Shown here one piece after another: positions 1 through 12,720 of a DNA stretch of 64,000 nt; positions within the stretch are counted from its first letter, which is position 1, and each line of letters opens with the position of its first letter. Source of the stretch: Octopus sinensis (taxonomy: Eukaryota); assembly GCF_006345805.1 (NCBI RefSeq), contig NC_043010.1, positions 32,860,001-32,924,000 on the forward strand, written 5' to 3'. The notes beneath the pieces were generated by a model. That model was given only the letters and a program-made list of their open reading frames with translations. It was not told the origin of the DNA and did not search any database. Both the position numbers and the translations under genes were made by a program.

Positions 1-29
1 TCAAACTTCGGACACTAGTAGAATGTGTC

Positions 30-1085
30 ATATAAAACATCTTTTACTCTTAGCATTTTTGAGAAAATCTTATATTTACGAAGTTATTTCACATTTAAGT
101 TCTCGTATTTCGGTAATTTCAACCAATCAATAACGTGTATATTTTGGTCGCGAATTGTTTTGTTCAGGAAGTGGGTTATTCTCTGGCTGTTCGTATTGCT
201 TGGGCTCAAGTATTGCTGGTGGTGGTGGTGGTGGTATTTCGGCTGGTGGTTGTACTCCGTACGGTTTTGTTGGTGTTGGTATTGGTGGCGACTTGATGAT
301 GGCTGCAGGCAGCGTCGTTGTTGGTGGTAATGGGGCTGGTTTCTGCTGCTGCACTGGAGGTGCCCCCGCTTCTGCTGTCGCTTGCAGCTTCCCTCGCATC
401 TCTTTGTGTTTGGGGCAGTTGACCTTGAGGTACTGGTCGCTCCCACAAAAGTAGCACCTCGGTCATCTGACCTCCACGGCCACGTGCAGTCTCGTGCCGT
501 CTGGTAAATTTATGGCGTCAGGGATAGAATTTAGGGCCTCTTGTTCAATTTGAACAAGAAGCACCAATCACCTGACCCGTCCAATTTTGTTGGTGCAATT
601 TATGCACCTCCAGTATATTGGCGGTGTCTTCTATATCATAGAGGACAGCCGCCACCAGCTAGCATATATTTCAGGGGTACCGCCGCAATTTTAATTTTTG
701 TAATGCGCCGACCAAGATATGTCGGCACGAATATCAGGTCCTCCGATATTAGTGGCGTTGTCGAATGCTTTCTTGCTTCTTCCTCCGTTTCGAAGCGCAC
801 TTCCACAGTGCCGAATCGTTTTCCCTGTATTACATAAGTTTTGTTTTGCCATATCGCTTTCAGTATCAATTCTAGCTGTTGTTGTGTTGCTCTTTCCAAA
901 TCCATTTTTTTTTGTTTATACATTTGTATGCAATTGTTTTACGGTTTGTGTCCATTATAATTTCTTTTGGGGTATTTAGTGAGACATTGTTGCCTTGTCT
1001 CACTAACAGCTCTTTTGAATTTTTAAAATCCTCTAATGTGAGGTTTAATTTTTCTGGCGTTTGTTTCGCCGCGAAATCGAAATCG
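30..1085 (-). mobile_element. Decayed non-LTR retrotransposon ORF1 (gag-like, zinc knuckle, Pro/Thr-rich tail)
   Basis: Minus-strand frames give IWQNKTYVIQGKRFGTVEVRFETEEEARKHS..FVPTYLGRRITKIKI (636-923), then a CYFCGSDQYLKVNC knuckle (415-456, Y replaces H) and a Pro-rich tail (127-399). Frameshifts and stops are present. Homologous segments recur at 21226-21510 and 46280-47460. Confidence 0.7.
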
Positions 1086-1096
1086 TGTGTGCTTGA

Positions 1097-1132
<36 letters not shown>

Positions 1133-1181
1133 AAATTCCCTGATGCAGTACCAGACAGCGGCTCACATGGCTTCTGATTTT

Positions 1182-1655
1182 AACTGATTGGAAGTGTTAT
1201 CATGTAACATTGTTAGCAAATATCCTGCTCAATACCAAAGATTTTCTTGTCAGTTGTTTGACCTTAACCAGTTGACCATATCTTTTAGTGGCTGACGATA
1301 TGTGAATCTCTTACCACGAGCAGAAATAGTGGGGGAGCATCATAGCCGTGTGTTGAAAGGAATTCTTGGAGGTTTGGATAATTCACCTATGAAAATATGG
1401 GTGGTTCGTTCAACAATCCTTATTCAGGGACCTTTTGAGCGGGATGGGCTACTCGACCAGAAGAAAATTTTAACTGGACCCTACCTGCAAGGTCATGCGC
1501 TGCTTATTTTTATATGAGATCACCATGTTGCGCACTTTTGGTTGTGATGCATGTGCCTGGTGTACCCTTATCAGACGGGTAGTCATGATGGGTATACTGG
1601 GCTTCGTATATTTTACCCTAGTGTCAGTTTGATGGCATGCACTGCTCTCTCACTC
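1182..1655. repeat. Dispersed ~0.5-kb repeat, copy 1 (copy 2 at 47681-48189)
   Basis: Colinear with 47681-48189 from AACTGATTGGAAGTG to CTCTCACTC and followed by (AAT)n. Confidence 0.85.
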
Positions 1656-1701
<46 letters not shown>

Positions 1702-1734
1702 TAATAATAATAATAATAACAATAATAATAGTTG

Positions 1735-1927
1735 CATTAGCAACTATCCTTAAAGATGTGAACAGATGGGTAGAGGAAATAGGCATAAAACCCAGTTTAA
1801 TACAACTTCAGAAAAGAGTGTTATTAGGGACAGCTGGGATACTTAGGAGGGTTCTTGGCATCTAAGGTTAATTGTTGTAAGTCAATGTTAGGAATTTTTC
1901 TTTTCCAACAGTCTAATCTGTTGTTTG

Positions 1928-1997
<70 letters not shown>

Positions 1998-2012
1998 GTA
2001 ATAATAATAATA
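1735..2012 (+). mobile_element. 3' end of an R4/Dong-like (RLE-type) LINE with (TAA)n tail
   Basis: Encodes WVEEIGIKPSLIQLQKRVLLGTAGILRRVLGI*, resembling the C-terminal LQK..LLGT..ILR.VL motif of R4/Dong-type elements. A short 3' UTR and (AAT)n follow, and the fragment is embedded in AAT repeats. Confidence 0.65.
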
Positions 2013-2559
2013 AGGAGTCTTTAGATATGTATAACTTTAAGAAGAAAAAATACGACAGGAGATAATTCAATGTTGATTTAAGGAAAACATATATATATAA
2101 ATAATAGAAGGACTAAATCAAGGAATATTATTTAGTATAATGCACTATTCGTATCTTACATAGCTACCAATATTCCACGAAAATTCATTGCTGCACTGGG
2201 CAGATATTTCCTGCTTTCAAGTAAGTCTGGGAAACTATTTAGTTGCCATCGAGTAAAATTCCACCACAAGAAATTTGACTGAAATTAGAGCAGCACAGAG
2301 CAAAGTAAAATTAGATAGTATCTCAGCTCAAAATTAGTAAACAGATGTAGAACCAACTGTGTGAGCTGTAATATGAACTCTAATGATAATTTTCTAGAAT
2401 TAGACATTGATACTTTGGGTAAAAGCAATTCTAACTGTGAAACTGATACCTTTAAAATCACTGCTAGTAATAATATTGACTACATTTCTGCTAATAATCC
2501 TGCTTTAACAACTTACTTCTGAAAAGATAATTGGTACTAATCTATTTAACCATGAATAC

Positions 2560-2870
2560 CACATACAAATGAATAACTGCCTTTGAATTTTAAAAACAAA
2601 ATTATCTGTCCTTTAGAAAATCAATGTTTAAGGAAGAATATAGTGTATCAATGTACGTGTTATTACATAGGTTCATGTGCTACAGTCTAGATTACATAAT
2701 CATTCTCATTCATTTAAATATAGAAGAAAATGTAATTCTACGAATCTTAATAGATGCCTTTGGGATTTAAAAGACAGGGACAATTACTGTAATTTAAAGT
2801 GATCCATTATTAGATACGCATCATCGTACAATATTAGTAATATTAAATGTGATCTTACATTGAAATGTTC
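2560..2870 (+). mobile_element. Penelope-like element GIY-YIG endonuclease fossil
   Basis: Frameshifted translation ICPLENQCLRKNIVYQCT..YYIGSCAT / SRLHNHSHSFKYRRKCNSTNLNRCLWDLKDRDNYCNLK*SIIRYASSYN aligns by eye with the EN at 61069-61500. Confidence 0.75.
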
Positions 2871-3374
2871 TCATATATTTATGAGAACTTTTTAATATTT
2901 CAATAGTGAATATCTCATTAATTATAATTGCTTTTCCTATAATCTAACAGCATACTTTTTCTAAGAAATTTTTAGCATATTTAATTGTCGTGAAGTGGAA
3001 TTTCTATGTTTCTAATTGTCGTGACGTAGAATTCCTGTTTATTTTTCTAACTTTTCGTTATCTACAGATGTCGCCAAAAGTTAGATATTGAACTGGCTTT
3101 TCTTAGAATACTAGCACACTTGTGTCATAAAAAATGCCGACAATTTTATTAACGATAGAAAATGATGCATCAACAAAGTGGAAAAGCCATTGATAAATAG
3201 CAGCAATCTAGTAAATATATGGACATACACAAAATTGAAGCACTTGAAGAAGCAGATACGGTTGTAACTTTTCAGTTGAAAATATCACCCACATAATGCA
3301 TGTGTGTACACGCATACACACACACACGCATACACACACACACACATACACACACACGCACACATATATACTAT

Positions 3375-3523
3375 ATACGACGTGCTTCTTTCAGTTTCCG
3401 TCTACCAAATCCACTCACAAAGCTCTGGTCGGTCCGGGACTCTAGCAAAAGACACTCCCCAAAGTTGCAGCGCAGTGAGGCTAAATCTGGAACTATATAT
3501 GGTTGGGAATTAAACTTCTTACA
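3375..3523 (-). mobile_element. tRNA-derived SINE family B, partial copy
   Basis: Contains the TTTCAGTTTCCGTCTACCAAATCCACTCACAA block shared with many copies in the window. Confidence 0.8.
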
Positions 3524-3973
3524 TACATACATACATACATACATAATACATACATACATACATACATACGTACATACATACATACATACATGCATACATG
3601 CATACATGCATGTATGCAACCTTACATACATATACGCACATACATGTACATGCATACATACACATACACTCTATTCATGCACACATATACACACCCAATA
3701 TACAGACATACACATTCTCTATATAGGTGCATTAAATACATACACAACAATATAACATAATCCATAAATATTATATCATGTAATAGTAAACAATATCAGC
3801 ACTAAACTGAGATAAAAAGATATCAAAACGCAGCCATGTTATATTTATTATTAAAAACTACATACCTCTCGCTTACCAGTGGCTAATCGTCGTAATGTCT
3901 CTATTATAATACACTTGTTCCCTGCGCACTACTTAGATATTATAAATCTTTATGTCAGATATTTAACTATACT

Positions 3974-4561
3974 AAGTTGGCGAGCTGGCAGAAACGTTAA
4001 CACACCGGGCGAAATTCTTAGCGGTATTTCGTCTGCCGTTACGTTCTGAGTTCAAATTCCGCCGAAGTCGACTCTGCCTTTCATCCCTTCACGGTCGATT
4101 GAATAAGTACCAGTTACGCACTCGGGTCGATATAAGCGACTTAATCCGTTTGTCTGTCCTTGTTTGTCCTCTCTGTGTTTAGCCCCTTGTTGGTAGTAAA
4201 GAAATAGGTATTTCGTCTGCCGTTACGTTCTGAGTTCAAATTCCGCCGAGGTCGACTTTGCCTTTCATCCTTTCGGGGTCGATTAAATAAGTACCAGTTA
4301 CGCACTGGGGTCGATATAATCGACTTAATCCGTTTGTCTGTCCTTGTTTGTCCTCTCTGTATTTAACCCCTTGTGGCTAGTAAAAAAATAGGTATTTCGT
4401 CTGTCTTTACGCCTGTCTTTAAGTTCAAATTCTGCCGAGGTCGACTTTGCCTTTCATCCTTTCAGGGTCGATAAATTAAGCACCAGTTTTGTACTGGGTT
4501 CAATCTAATCGACTACCCCCTCCCCCCAAAAAATTTGGGCCTTGTGCCTAGGGTAGAAAAG
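3974..4561 (+). mobile_element. tRNA-derived SINE family A, head-to-tail trimer with 16-bp TSD
   Basis: Units start at GGTATTTCGTCTG (4023, 4207, 4391; period 184). Each has a B-box-like GAGTTCAAAT and a Meta-like core GTCGACTTTGCCTTTCATCC. GATATTTAACTATACT flanks the array at 3958-3973 and 4562-4577. Confidence 0.85.
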
Positions 4562-5279
4562 GATATTTAACTATACTGTTACATCTCCGTAGGTATCTCA
4601 CTTGAAGAACAGGTAATTGGTCAGAACTTAGCTCCATGAGGAAGATATATTTCTGCTTAATTCAGTACAGTTACGATTCGATGTTTGCAACAAAAAATAT
4701 TTCCAAAAATGTTAAAATTAAACACATGATTGAGACTTAACACACAAACAAGGACACCAAAATACATACACATATGTTACGTGATATGATATGCATTGTA
4801 AACACTAATTTCCAACGACGGAATACGAACCAAACAACTATGGGCTGCAAATTCAGTGAATTACCGTCCATATCTAGAGAGAGAAACGACTACATTACGA
4901 CAAGAAATGAAGCAACAAAAATAAAGTAAAAAATAAGGAAATAAAGAAAATAGAAAATAAATTTTTAAATAAACTTAATTCAAAGAAGATTTTTCTTGTA
5001 GTGAAACAATGGAAGTTTTTATTTCTCTTTGCACTCACTTGAAGGTAATGAACGATAAGGACGCCAGTTGAAGGTAATGGTTGATAAGGGCGCCACAGGC
5101 TCATTCAGTGGCGATGTTTTTCCTACTACACATTATAAAATCCCATCCATTGCTTTTGATGCCTTATCTGATGCCGTCACATACGTCTCTAGTCAAAAGT
5201 TATACACATATACACTTATCAGGCAGCTACAGACGCACAAATACATACACATATTTCCACATACATACCAATGTATATA

Positions 5280-5356
<77 letters not shown>

Positions 5357-5390
5357 CATACATACACACAAACACGCACACACATGCACA

Positions 5391-5427
<37 letters not shown>

Positions 5428-6255
5428 GCACACACCTGGAGAGAGAGAGAGAGAGAGAGAGAATCAGAGTGACAAACAGACTGAGGGGAAAATGGGAGAG
5501 AAGAAGATGCATGATATAAACACTTAACGTTGAACGATTATTGCCGACATCACTACTTACTGGCGAGGTTACATTCAGAAAAGGTGAAGAATGAAGAGAC
5601 AGCATATATTTTTAAATGTAATTTTTCTCTTTCAACTAGATGTGTGTGTATGTGAGAGAGAGCGTGTGTGTGTGTGTGTGTGTGTGTGTGGTGAACAGAA
5701 AAACAGGAAAAACACAAGGGGACCAATTTTTCACAGAGGTATTATTATTCTAACGTTGAAAGGAATGATAAAGAGCGTCTGACGTTCGGACGATAGTCTT
5801 TCATCAGAAAAACGAAAATGAAAACTGGTGGAAAGGAAACAATACTAAAAAGAGAGAAAGTATTCCCGCTTGTAGTAGTAGTAGTAGTAGTAGTAGTAGG
5901 TGGTGGTGGTGGTGGTGATGGCAATGGTAACAATACCATAAATGATAAAAGTTTTAAATATCAAAGTTAATAATAATCCCGACAACAATCATAAGTACAC
6001 ACGTGCTGTTGGTGTTTTTATCCTTCTTTGGACTCTTCCGTTTCCCTTTCCGACAAAACGTGAAAGACTATCTCTTCTCATCGAGCGTCAAACTAATACA
6101 TTCCACGTGCACGTCTTGTTTATCATTACTTTTAATGTTCGTTAGATAGATGGATAGATAGATGGATGGATAGATAGATAGATAGATAGATACATACATA
6201 CATACATACATACATACATACATGCATATACATATAGGCATATATATATATATAT

Positions 6256-6287
<32 letters not shown>

Positions 6288-6302
6288 ATGTATATATATA
6301 TA

Positions 6303-6666
6303 CTAGCAGTATCGCCCGGCGTTGCTCGGGTTTGTAAGGGAAATAACTATAAAGCATTTTTAGAGAGTTATAGCCAAAAAATAGCAAAAAATTGGAAAAA
6401 AATGATGGTAAATTTTTTTGAGAGTTAAAAAGGTCGAGTTGCGTCCACTAGACCATCTGTGGTTTGTGTTTCTGATTGTCGACCCCATGTCGAATTTATC
6501 GATCTTTTTCAGAACTGGGGGAACTTTTCAAAATTTTCGCTGCGTTAGTTTTGAATTATGACATTGGGCTATGTGTGTGTCAAGTTTCATCAGAATCGGT
6601 TGAAAGCCGTGGTCAGGGTGAGGTACAACCTAACAGACACACAGACACGCACAGAGACAAACTGCC

Positions 6667-6670
<4 letters not shown>
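6303..6670 (-). mobile_element. Non-autonomous Helitron-like element
   Basis: Minus-strand 3' end is a CCCGAGCAACGCCGGG hairpin followed by ...CTAG|T at 6303. The 5' end merges into (TA)n. Confidence 0.65.
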
Positions 6671-6742
<72 letters not shown>

Positions 6743-7175
6743 TATATATATATGTGTATATATATATATATGTATATATATTCTAATATAATAAATGCAA
6801 AAACTAATTTCCGTGTGTCAGTGTGTCATACTAAGACCACCTCTCTCACTATGCAATGATACTCCTACTATTCCTCATGATAGGGTGAGAGTAATAGTAG
6901 GCATAGAGACGGTGAATGTGGAGGCGAAGACAGACAGAGATAGAGAAAGAAAGAAAAAGAGAGAGAGAGAGAAAATTTGGGAGAGTTGATGATGTTTTAT
7001 TAAAGGTAGTAGTGTTGATGGTAGCAGTTGGAGTAATAATAAAAGAGAGAGAAATAGTGTGTGCGCGAAAGAAAGAGGGAGATGATGTTTAACCATGTCC
7101 CTTTGACAGAAATTCCTGTGGCCAACATACTGAACACAATCATTTTTGCAAACACACACACACATATAATATATG

Positions 7176-7246
<71 letters not shown>

Positions 7247-7869
7247 CTCTTTAATTGAAATAAAGTTTCCCAAAATTAAAGGTATCTAAATATTATAAAT
7301 GTGAATGTCAGTGTGCCACACTTTTTCAATTTTACTCCTAGAGGCCGTAGCTCAACATATTATACCATTTTGGAATCAGGCTGGCATTATGAGTAAATTT
7401 AAAACATTCCGGGCCGAATCTGGATTCACAGTCCTGAAGTTTTGTATTCCCAAGCTTCCATTACTGTAATTGTTTTCGGCAATCTTTTTACGTGACATTT
7501 TGCGACAAATTTTTTGTACAACAATTGTTATAAACTAAAGGCTCACTCCGTGAGTAAATTAAAAACATTCCGGGCTGATTCCGGACCTGCAATTCTGGAA
7601 TTTTGGATTCCTTCGTTTTCATTACTGCGATTGTTTTCAGCGATTTTTTTTTTACATGATATTTTTGCAACGAATATGATCATCCTTGGGATATGACTCT
7701 GGAGGAAGCAATTGCAACAGATTCTCCAAAACAAGTCAGAGATTTCTTTGCAGATCTTCCCATTCGGGTCATTTGTTTAAAAGCTATATACTAGCTCAAA
7801 AGCCGCCCTATTTTAATGTTTTCATTTCAAGTTTTAATTCGCTATTTGCAAACAATTACGATAAATTAC

Positions 7870-8810
7870 TGAAATGTTGAATTCTGCAACTCTGTTCACT
7901 CTATTAAGTATGTTTGCAAATATATAAACAAAGGTTCAGATGCTGCAACATACACTCTTATGCAGAATGGCTGTCAGCAGATAAATAAAAATGATGAGGA
8001 TGCACAGTATGACAGAGAAAGATACATCAGTGCCAATGAGGCTTTTTGGCGCATCTTCAATTTTCCCATTCATGACAGGCACCCAGCCATCACTCATCTG
8101 AGTGTCCATCTAGAGAATGGCCACAGGGTTATCTTTACAAAACAAACAGCCTTGCAACAAGTACTTTCTCCAAAAGAAACTACTCTTACCGCTTTTTAAA
8201 GTTGTATCAAGTAGATGAAGATGCAAGAAAGCTCCTTTATCCACAATTACCCAAGTATTACACCAGGAGATATAATAAAAGGCACAAAGGAAACGGGCTG
8301 GCGCTCTTGCAAGAGTTTGGGGTGTTCTCTACAAGCCAAGCAGAATGCTATTACTTACGGCTCCTTTTGCATGAAGTACGAGGTACCAAATCATTTCAAG
8401 ATTCGAGGAGGGTAAAATGGTCATGTGTGTGAAACTTATAGGGAAGTATGCTATCAAAAAGGTTGTTTAAGAAAATGGTGAGTATTGGGACCTTGCATCA
8501 GTATTAGATTCTCCAAGGAAACTCCGTAACCTTTTTGCAATTGTACTGAACATGTGTCAACTTGGCAGTTCCCTACAGCTTTGGATGAAACATCGTGAGA
8601 ACATGGCTGAGAATTTAATGCAGTTCAACAGGCAAACCCAGATATCAATATTCAGTTCTCTGAAACAATTTTTAACCAAGCACTGATTGAAATGAGGATC
8701 AAGTTTTAGCCATGAGAGGCAAAAAATTTGCATGAGTCGGGCTCTGGACCGCCAAAAACAAACAGTCAAATTAGTAATTAGAAACATAACAAGAGATAAA
8801 TTATGACATC
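7870..8810 (+). mobile_element. Helitron RepHel coding fossil (Rep motif 3 to inter-domain region)
   Basis: NVEFCNSVHSIKYVCKYINKGSD..RYISANEAFWRIFNFPIHDRHPAITHLSVHLENGHRV, then YYLRLLLHEVRGTKSFQD and ELRNLFAIVLNMC..LWMKH. These are characteristic Helitron motifs, interrupted by stops and frameshifts. Confidence 0.9.
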
Positions 8811-9224
8811 ACAGACTATATTGTGGTGCTTTATTCTTGCTGGATGTTTTTTTTTTTTTTTGTGTCAATTCGTATCTACAGGAATATTCTCCCAAAGAGA
8901 AGAGTGAAACCGTTAGGTTCCTAACTTCGAAATTGCAATAGAGAATTAACCTTTTATTTTTAAGTTGTGAATTGTATGCCATGTCGCCCACCGACAGCTT
9001 TATTGTGAAGAGATAGAATATGAACGTTAATAATGGCTTTATAGTGGTTTTGACTGCAATTTCTAGACATGTAAGGGTTTTTGCAACCCTCACCGTTATA
9101 ATTGTGATTTATTCCAGATTATACACACTTCTTTTTTTAAAATTTATGATTACATGTTTGGCCATTGATATATTCATAAATAATTGTTGATGATATATCC
9201 TTCGTAATTTATCTTTACATTCCT

Positions 9225-9257
<33 letters not shown>

Positions 9258-9759
9258 CATCTCTCACTCCATTGATCCCCTCACCCACTCTCTCACCACC
9301 TCTGCCTTCTTTAAACCACGGACTCCCACTTCTACCTCAACTTTTCCTCCTCCCATCCCTCGCATACCAAACGGGCCATCCCCTACTCCCAGTTCCTGTG
9401 CAGCCAGGGCCAGGATTTCGAGACCCAGTCCCAATGCCTGGCCCACTTGTTCATGCGTTGCGCATACCCTTCCACCTTGTCCAAACTGCCCCTACCCGCG
9501 CTCGTGAAATCGATCGCACCACCGCCATCTCTCCTTTCTCACACCGATCCCCCAACCGTATCTTCTTTGCCCTCCTTGAAAATCGGTTACGTGAAACTCT
9601 GAGCAACAGTTTGTAAAATCTTCAGCTTCATTAAAACACTATTTGCGTCAACCGTTGCAATTCGTTTCCTATCTTCTCCACTTTGTTTTGTACCTTTTTG
9701 CTCTCATGTATGTATGTGTGTGCTTTGTGTGTGTGTTTTATGTTTGTGTGTGTATTTTA

Positions 9760-9792
<33 letters not shown>

Positions 9793-10688
9793 CGTGTGTA
9801 GTGGAAAGAAGAAGAAACACAACTTACAAAAACTATAAACAAGGTAGGTCTACAATCATAACAATTGTCTGTCTTCGAGTAGTAAAAGTAGAGAGGGAAG
9901 ACGGGGGAACTTTGGAAAAAAAAGAAGAAAAAAATTAGAAATTGCAATGCCATCGAAAAGTCTTGCGGAGTTGATCTACATGCTAGCTGCTGAGTGACTG
10001 GAAGTTAGACGGTAAGCTAAACTGGGTATTCTAAGACGGAGTGGGGAGGATATACGGTGGGGACATGTCTGTGTACGTGACGGTGCGTATGTATATATAT
10101 ATATATATACATATATTTTTTTGTAAGGAATATGGAATAGTAGTTTCTGCGTGAGCATGGTTATTTGCGTGTAATGTGTCGGTTGTCTGTATAAGTCTGT
10201 GGGTTCATCTGTTGAAGTGTACGCGTGCTCGCACGTGTATGTGTTTGTGAAAGACGAAAAGATTTTGAGTTTGTCTCTGTGTACGTGTGTCAGCATACTT
10301 GGTCGTTGGCTGACTGAAAGTTGGACGGATGACTAATGGGGTGTTTGAGATATGAGAGGGAAATAGTACGTGTATCTGTGTGTTATTGTGTGTATGTGTG
10401 TGCGTGTGTGTGTGTGTGTGCGTGTGCGCATGAGGAAAATAATTAATTAGTGATCGTGCGGGGTCATCTTTCTGTCGCGCGTGTGTGTACGTGTACGTGT
10501 GCATACATGCGTGCGCAAGCGTGTGTACGTCTGTGCGTGTGTGCGTGTGAATGCGTGTGTATTTGTGTGCGTGTGCTCGCGTGCTACCCGCCTACTACTC
10601 GCGTGTGTATTTAACCGAAGCCTTTTGAATGGATTTGGTAAACAGAAACTTAAAGACGCCTGTTATATATATATATATATATATATGA

Positions 10689-11925
10689 GGTACTATTTAA
10701 GAAGAGTGGTCCCGGTGCGCGCACTCGCGTACTCGTGCATTCGCACTAGCTAGTCGTGACTAGTTGATCCTACAACGACTACCTAGCGCGAGTGCGCGTA
10801 TGCAAATTAATAGATGGGTTTTTTTTTAAACAAAATAAAAAATTTTCGGAGTGGTTCACCTTGAAATGGGTGTATTTTGGTGTCACATCTATTTCAGTAA
10901 TCCTATTGTACGCACTCCAATTTTATTTACGTTGTTTAGAAAAAATTTTTATCTAGTTTACTCTTTTATTTGTTTCAGTCATTTGACTGTGGCCATGCTG
11001 GAGCACCGCCTTTAGTTGAGCTTATTCTTTGTAAGCCTAATACTTATTCTATCGGTCTCTTATGCCGAACCGCTAAGATACGAGGACGTAAATACACCAG
11101 CATCGGTTGTCAAGCGATGTTGGGGGGACTGACAGACAAACATATACACACGCACATACATATATACGATGGGCTTCACATGGCTTTGGTCGGCCAGAGG
11201 CTATAGTAGAAGACACATGCCCAAGGTGCCACGTAGTGGGACTGAACTCGGAACCATGTGGTTCGTAAGTTTGTTTAGAAAAATAATTCATTTACTTTGT
11301 TTATAAAAAAATTATATTTACTTTGTGTTTTTGTGTTTTATTTACTTTGTTTAAAAAAATTTGGATCTTTTCAAATTTGTGGCCAGAACCCCAGATCTTT
11401 CTAGTTAACTAAATAATTTGAAACTTTGTGTACTCATAGAGTGGAACTAGTTTATTCGCCAGTTGGAACTAGTTTATTTGAGAAAAATCTATTTTATGAC
11501 TTTAATCGTAGATTAAAACTGCGAATTTTAACCAATGAGATTGCTTGTTTTCATATCTAAAACGTTACTGCGATCTGTTAGTGTGACGTTGAAAGCAGTT
11601 TTGTGACGTCTGCTATTTCTAAAAAGCTTTGTGTGTGGTAAAGTAATTTTTTTACTTTACCATTTTTATAAATTATATCGGAGAATCCATATTTTTATAA
11701 CATATATCGGAGAATCCATGTGATTTTTCGTTGTTTTTCTCTTATACGTATGTGAATTATTTCTGAGTATGCATTGTCTGGGAGACTTTTTCTTGCAGTT
11801 GAGAAATTTTTGGCTGCTATTTCTAAAAAGCTCGGTGTGTGGTTAAGTAATTTTTTTACTTTACCATATTTTTATAAATTAATATATATATATATAGATA
11901 TATATATATATTATTATATATATAT

Positions 11926-11990
<65 letters not shown>

Positions 11991-12720
11991 TTACTCGGTG
12001 TATGTGTATATGTATGTCTGCATGTGTGCGTGTATGTATGTGTGTGTGTGTGTGTAAGTATGTGTAAAAAATTACATTGAATCGGCCATACATATATACA
12101 TACATACACATACACAGATACATACACACATACATTCAGGCATATACACATACACCGAGTAAAAAATTTCAGTTATCTCTCTCTTTCACACATTACTCTC
12201 TCTGTCTCTTCACACACACTAACAGAAGCACTTCACTTACACAACATACTGTCTCCCACACCCCATCAAACACACACACACACACACATGTACATCAATG
12301 CTTCCCCTAGACGGTAACTTCAAAGACAAACTTTTGTTATTAGAAGGTGGCTGACTATAGCTTGTTTACATTTAAGATGTTTAATACGTCACGAAATTGG
12401 TGGTCGAGATTGGTTTACAATTAAGTTTACTTTTGACACATTCTACCAGTATACGAAGTTTCAAATTGTTTGGTTCAGTAGGAAAAATTTGAAAAAACTG
12501 GCTTCAGAATAGAAAAGATCCAAAAATTTATTTACTTTGTGTAAAAAATTATTTTTGTTTAAAAAAAAACCCTATTTGTTTTTTTAAAAAAACATCTATT
12601 AATTTGCTTACGCGCATTCACGCTAGGTAGTCGTTGTAGGATCAACTAGTCACGACTAGCTAGCGCGGATGCGCGAGTACGCGAGTGCGCGCACTGGGAC
12701 CACTCTTCTTAAATTGTACC
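10689..12720. mobile_element. Non-autonomous MULE/Mutator-like DNA transposon
   Basis: Highly similar TIRs of at least 130 bp (GGTACTATTTAAGAAGAGTGG... / ...CCACTCTTCTTAAATTGTACC). TATATATGA is duplicated at 10680-10688 and 12721-12729. No coding capacity seen. Confidence 0.8.
10955..11270 (-). mobile_element. SINE family B nested in the MULE-like element
   Basis: Family B blocks (TTGTTTCAGTCATTTGACTG..., CCCAAGGTGCCACGTAGTGGGACTGAAC). Confidence 0.8.

Noticed and set aside
9260-9660. GC-rich stretch with minus-strand AVVRSISRARVGAVWTRWKGM, faintly like an L1/Tx1 ORF2 C-terminus
   Set aside because: A single weak motif; neither a LINE nor an exon is supportable by eye.
9780-10020. Possible plus-strand splice donors (AAG|GTAGGT, ACG|GTAAGC)
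   Set aside because: There is no convincing acceptor or reading frame, and such motifs are expected by chance.
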